Assembly: GCA_021801225.1 (NCBI GenBank)
Contig: JAJYYF010000007.1
Span: 1-61,019, forward strand
Direction of reading: 5' to 3'
DNA from: Candidatus Micrarchaeota archaeon
GTDB taxonomy: Archaea > Micrarchaeota > Micrarchaeia > Micrarchaeales > CABMGC01
Length of the DNA: 61,019 bases
Positions within the stretch are counted from its first letter, which is position 1. Every line of letters begins with the position of its first letter. A model generated the notes under the pieces. It ran no database searches. It worked only from the letters and a program-made list of their open reading frames with translations, and was not told the DNA's origin. The translations under genes were made by a program, and so were the position numbers. Shown here one piece after another: positions 60,801 through 61,019 of this stretch.

Positions 60801-61019
60801 ATGTTTAAACTTCAAGATAAGAAACTATTCATCTTTGATTGGGATGGAACCTTAAGCACATCAACATTGATTGTTGCCGGATCAAGGATATTTAGAAAAA
60901 GTTATAATATTAAAAATATAGAAAAAAACGCTAGCTATTACGAAGGTATAGGTAAACGTACAATTTCTTTAGAGTTAAAGGAGGATACTAACAAGGCATT
61001 TGCGCGCTTATATGATTTA
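60801..61019 (+). CDS. HAD-superfamily hydrolase, 5' part (truncated by the window end)
   Basis: MFKLQDKKLFIFDWDGTL, HAD motif I. Confidence 0.85.
   Translation, partial: MFKLQDKKLFIFDWDGTLSTSTLIVAGSRIFRKSYNIKNIEKNASYYEGIGKRTISLELKEDTNKAFARLYDL

Noticed and set aside
59805-61019. CRISPR-Cas locus around the Cas4-like gene
   Set aside because: No repeat-spacer array and no other cas gene in the window.

Overview
AT-rich archaeal chromosomal segment, most consistent with a DPANN archaeon, probably Micrarchaeota (inferred from the divergent archaeal 16S 5' end, unlinked 5S gene, GatDE, aIF5A, eS24/eS31, Nop5, CarS). It holds the 5' end of a 16S rRNA gene, a stand-alone 5S gene, tRNA-Gly(TCC), tRNA-Glu(CTC) and many translation genes (gatDE, ileS, pheST, aspS-gatCAB, glyS, alaS). 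It also encodes DNA repair enzymes (Nudix, AlkD, AlkZ-like, Ogg1, Exo5-like), late menaquinone genes (menA, polyprenyl synthase, menG) and an 11-subunit complex I-like nuo cluster with nuoM inverted. I saw no CRISPR array, integrase, transposase or reverse transcriptase. The most notable signals are: (1) a ~100-nt structured element with its own TATA box, a candidate novel ncRNA at 45225-45325; (2) two genes whose frames appear to start only at ATA; (3) an unannotated C/D box sRNA directly upstream of the Exo5-like gene; (4) a bacterial-type AspRS clustered with gatCAB and an asparaginase; (5) a PriL N-domain/PriX-like fusion with no Fe-S domain; (6) a decayed 162-bp copy of part of alkD. All protein calls come from motif recognition; no database search was run.
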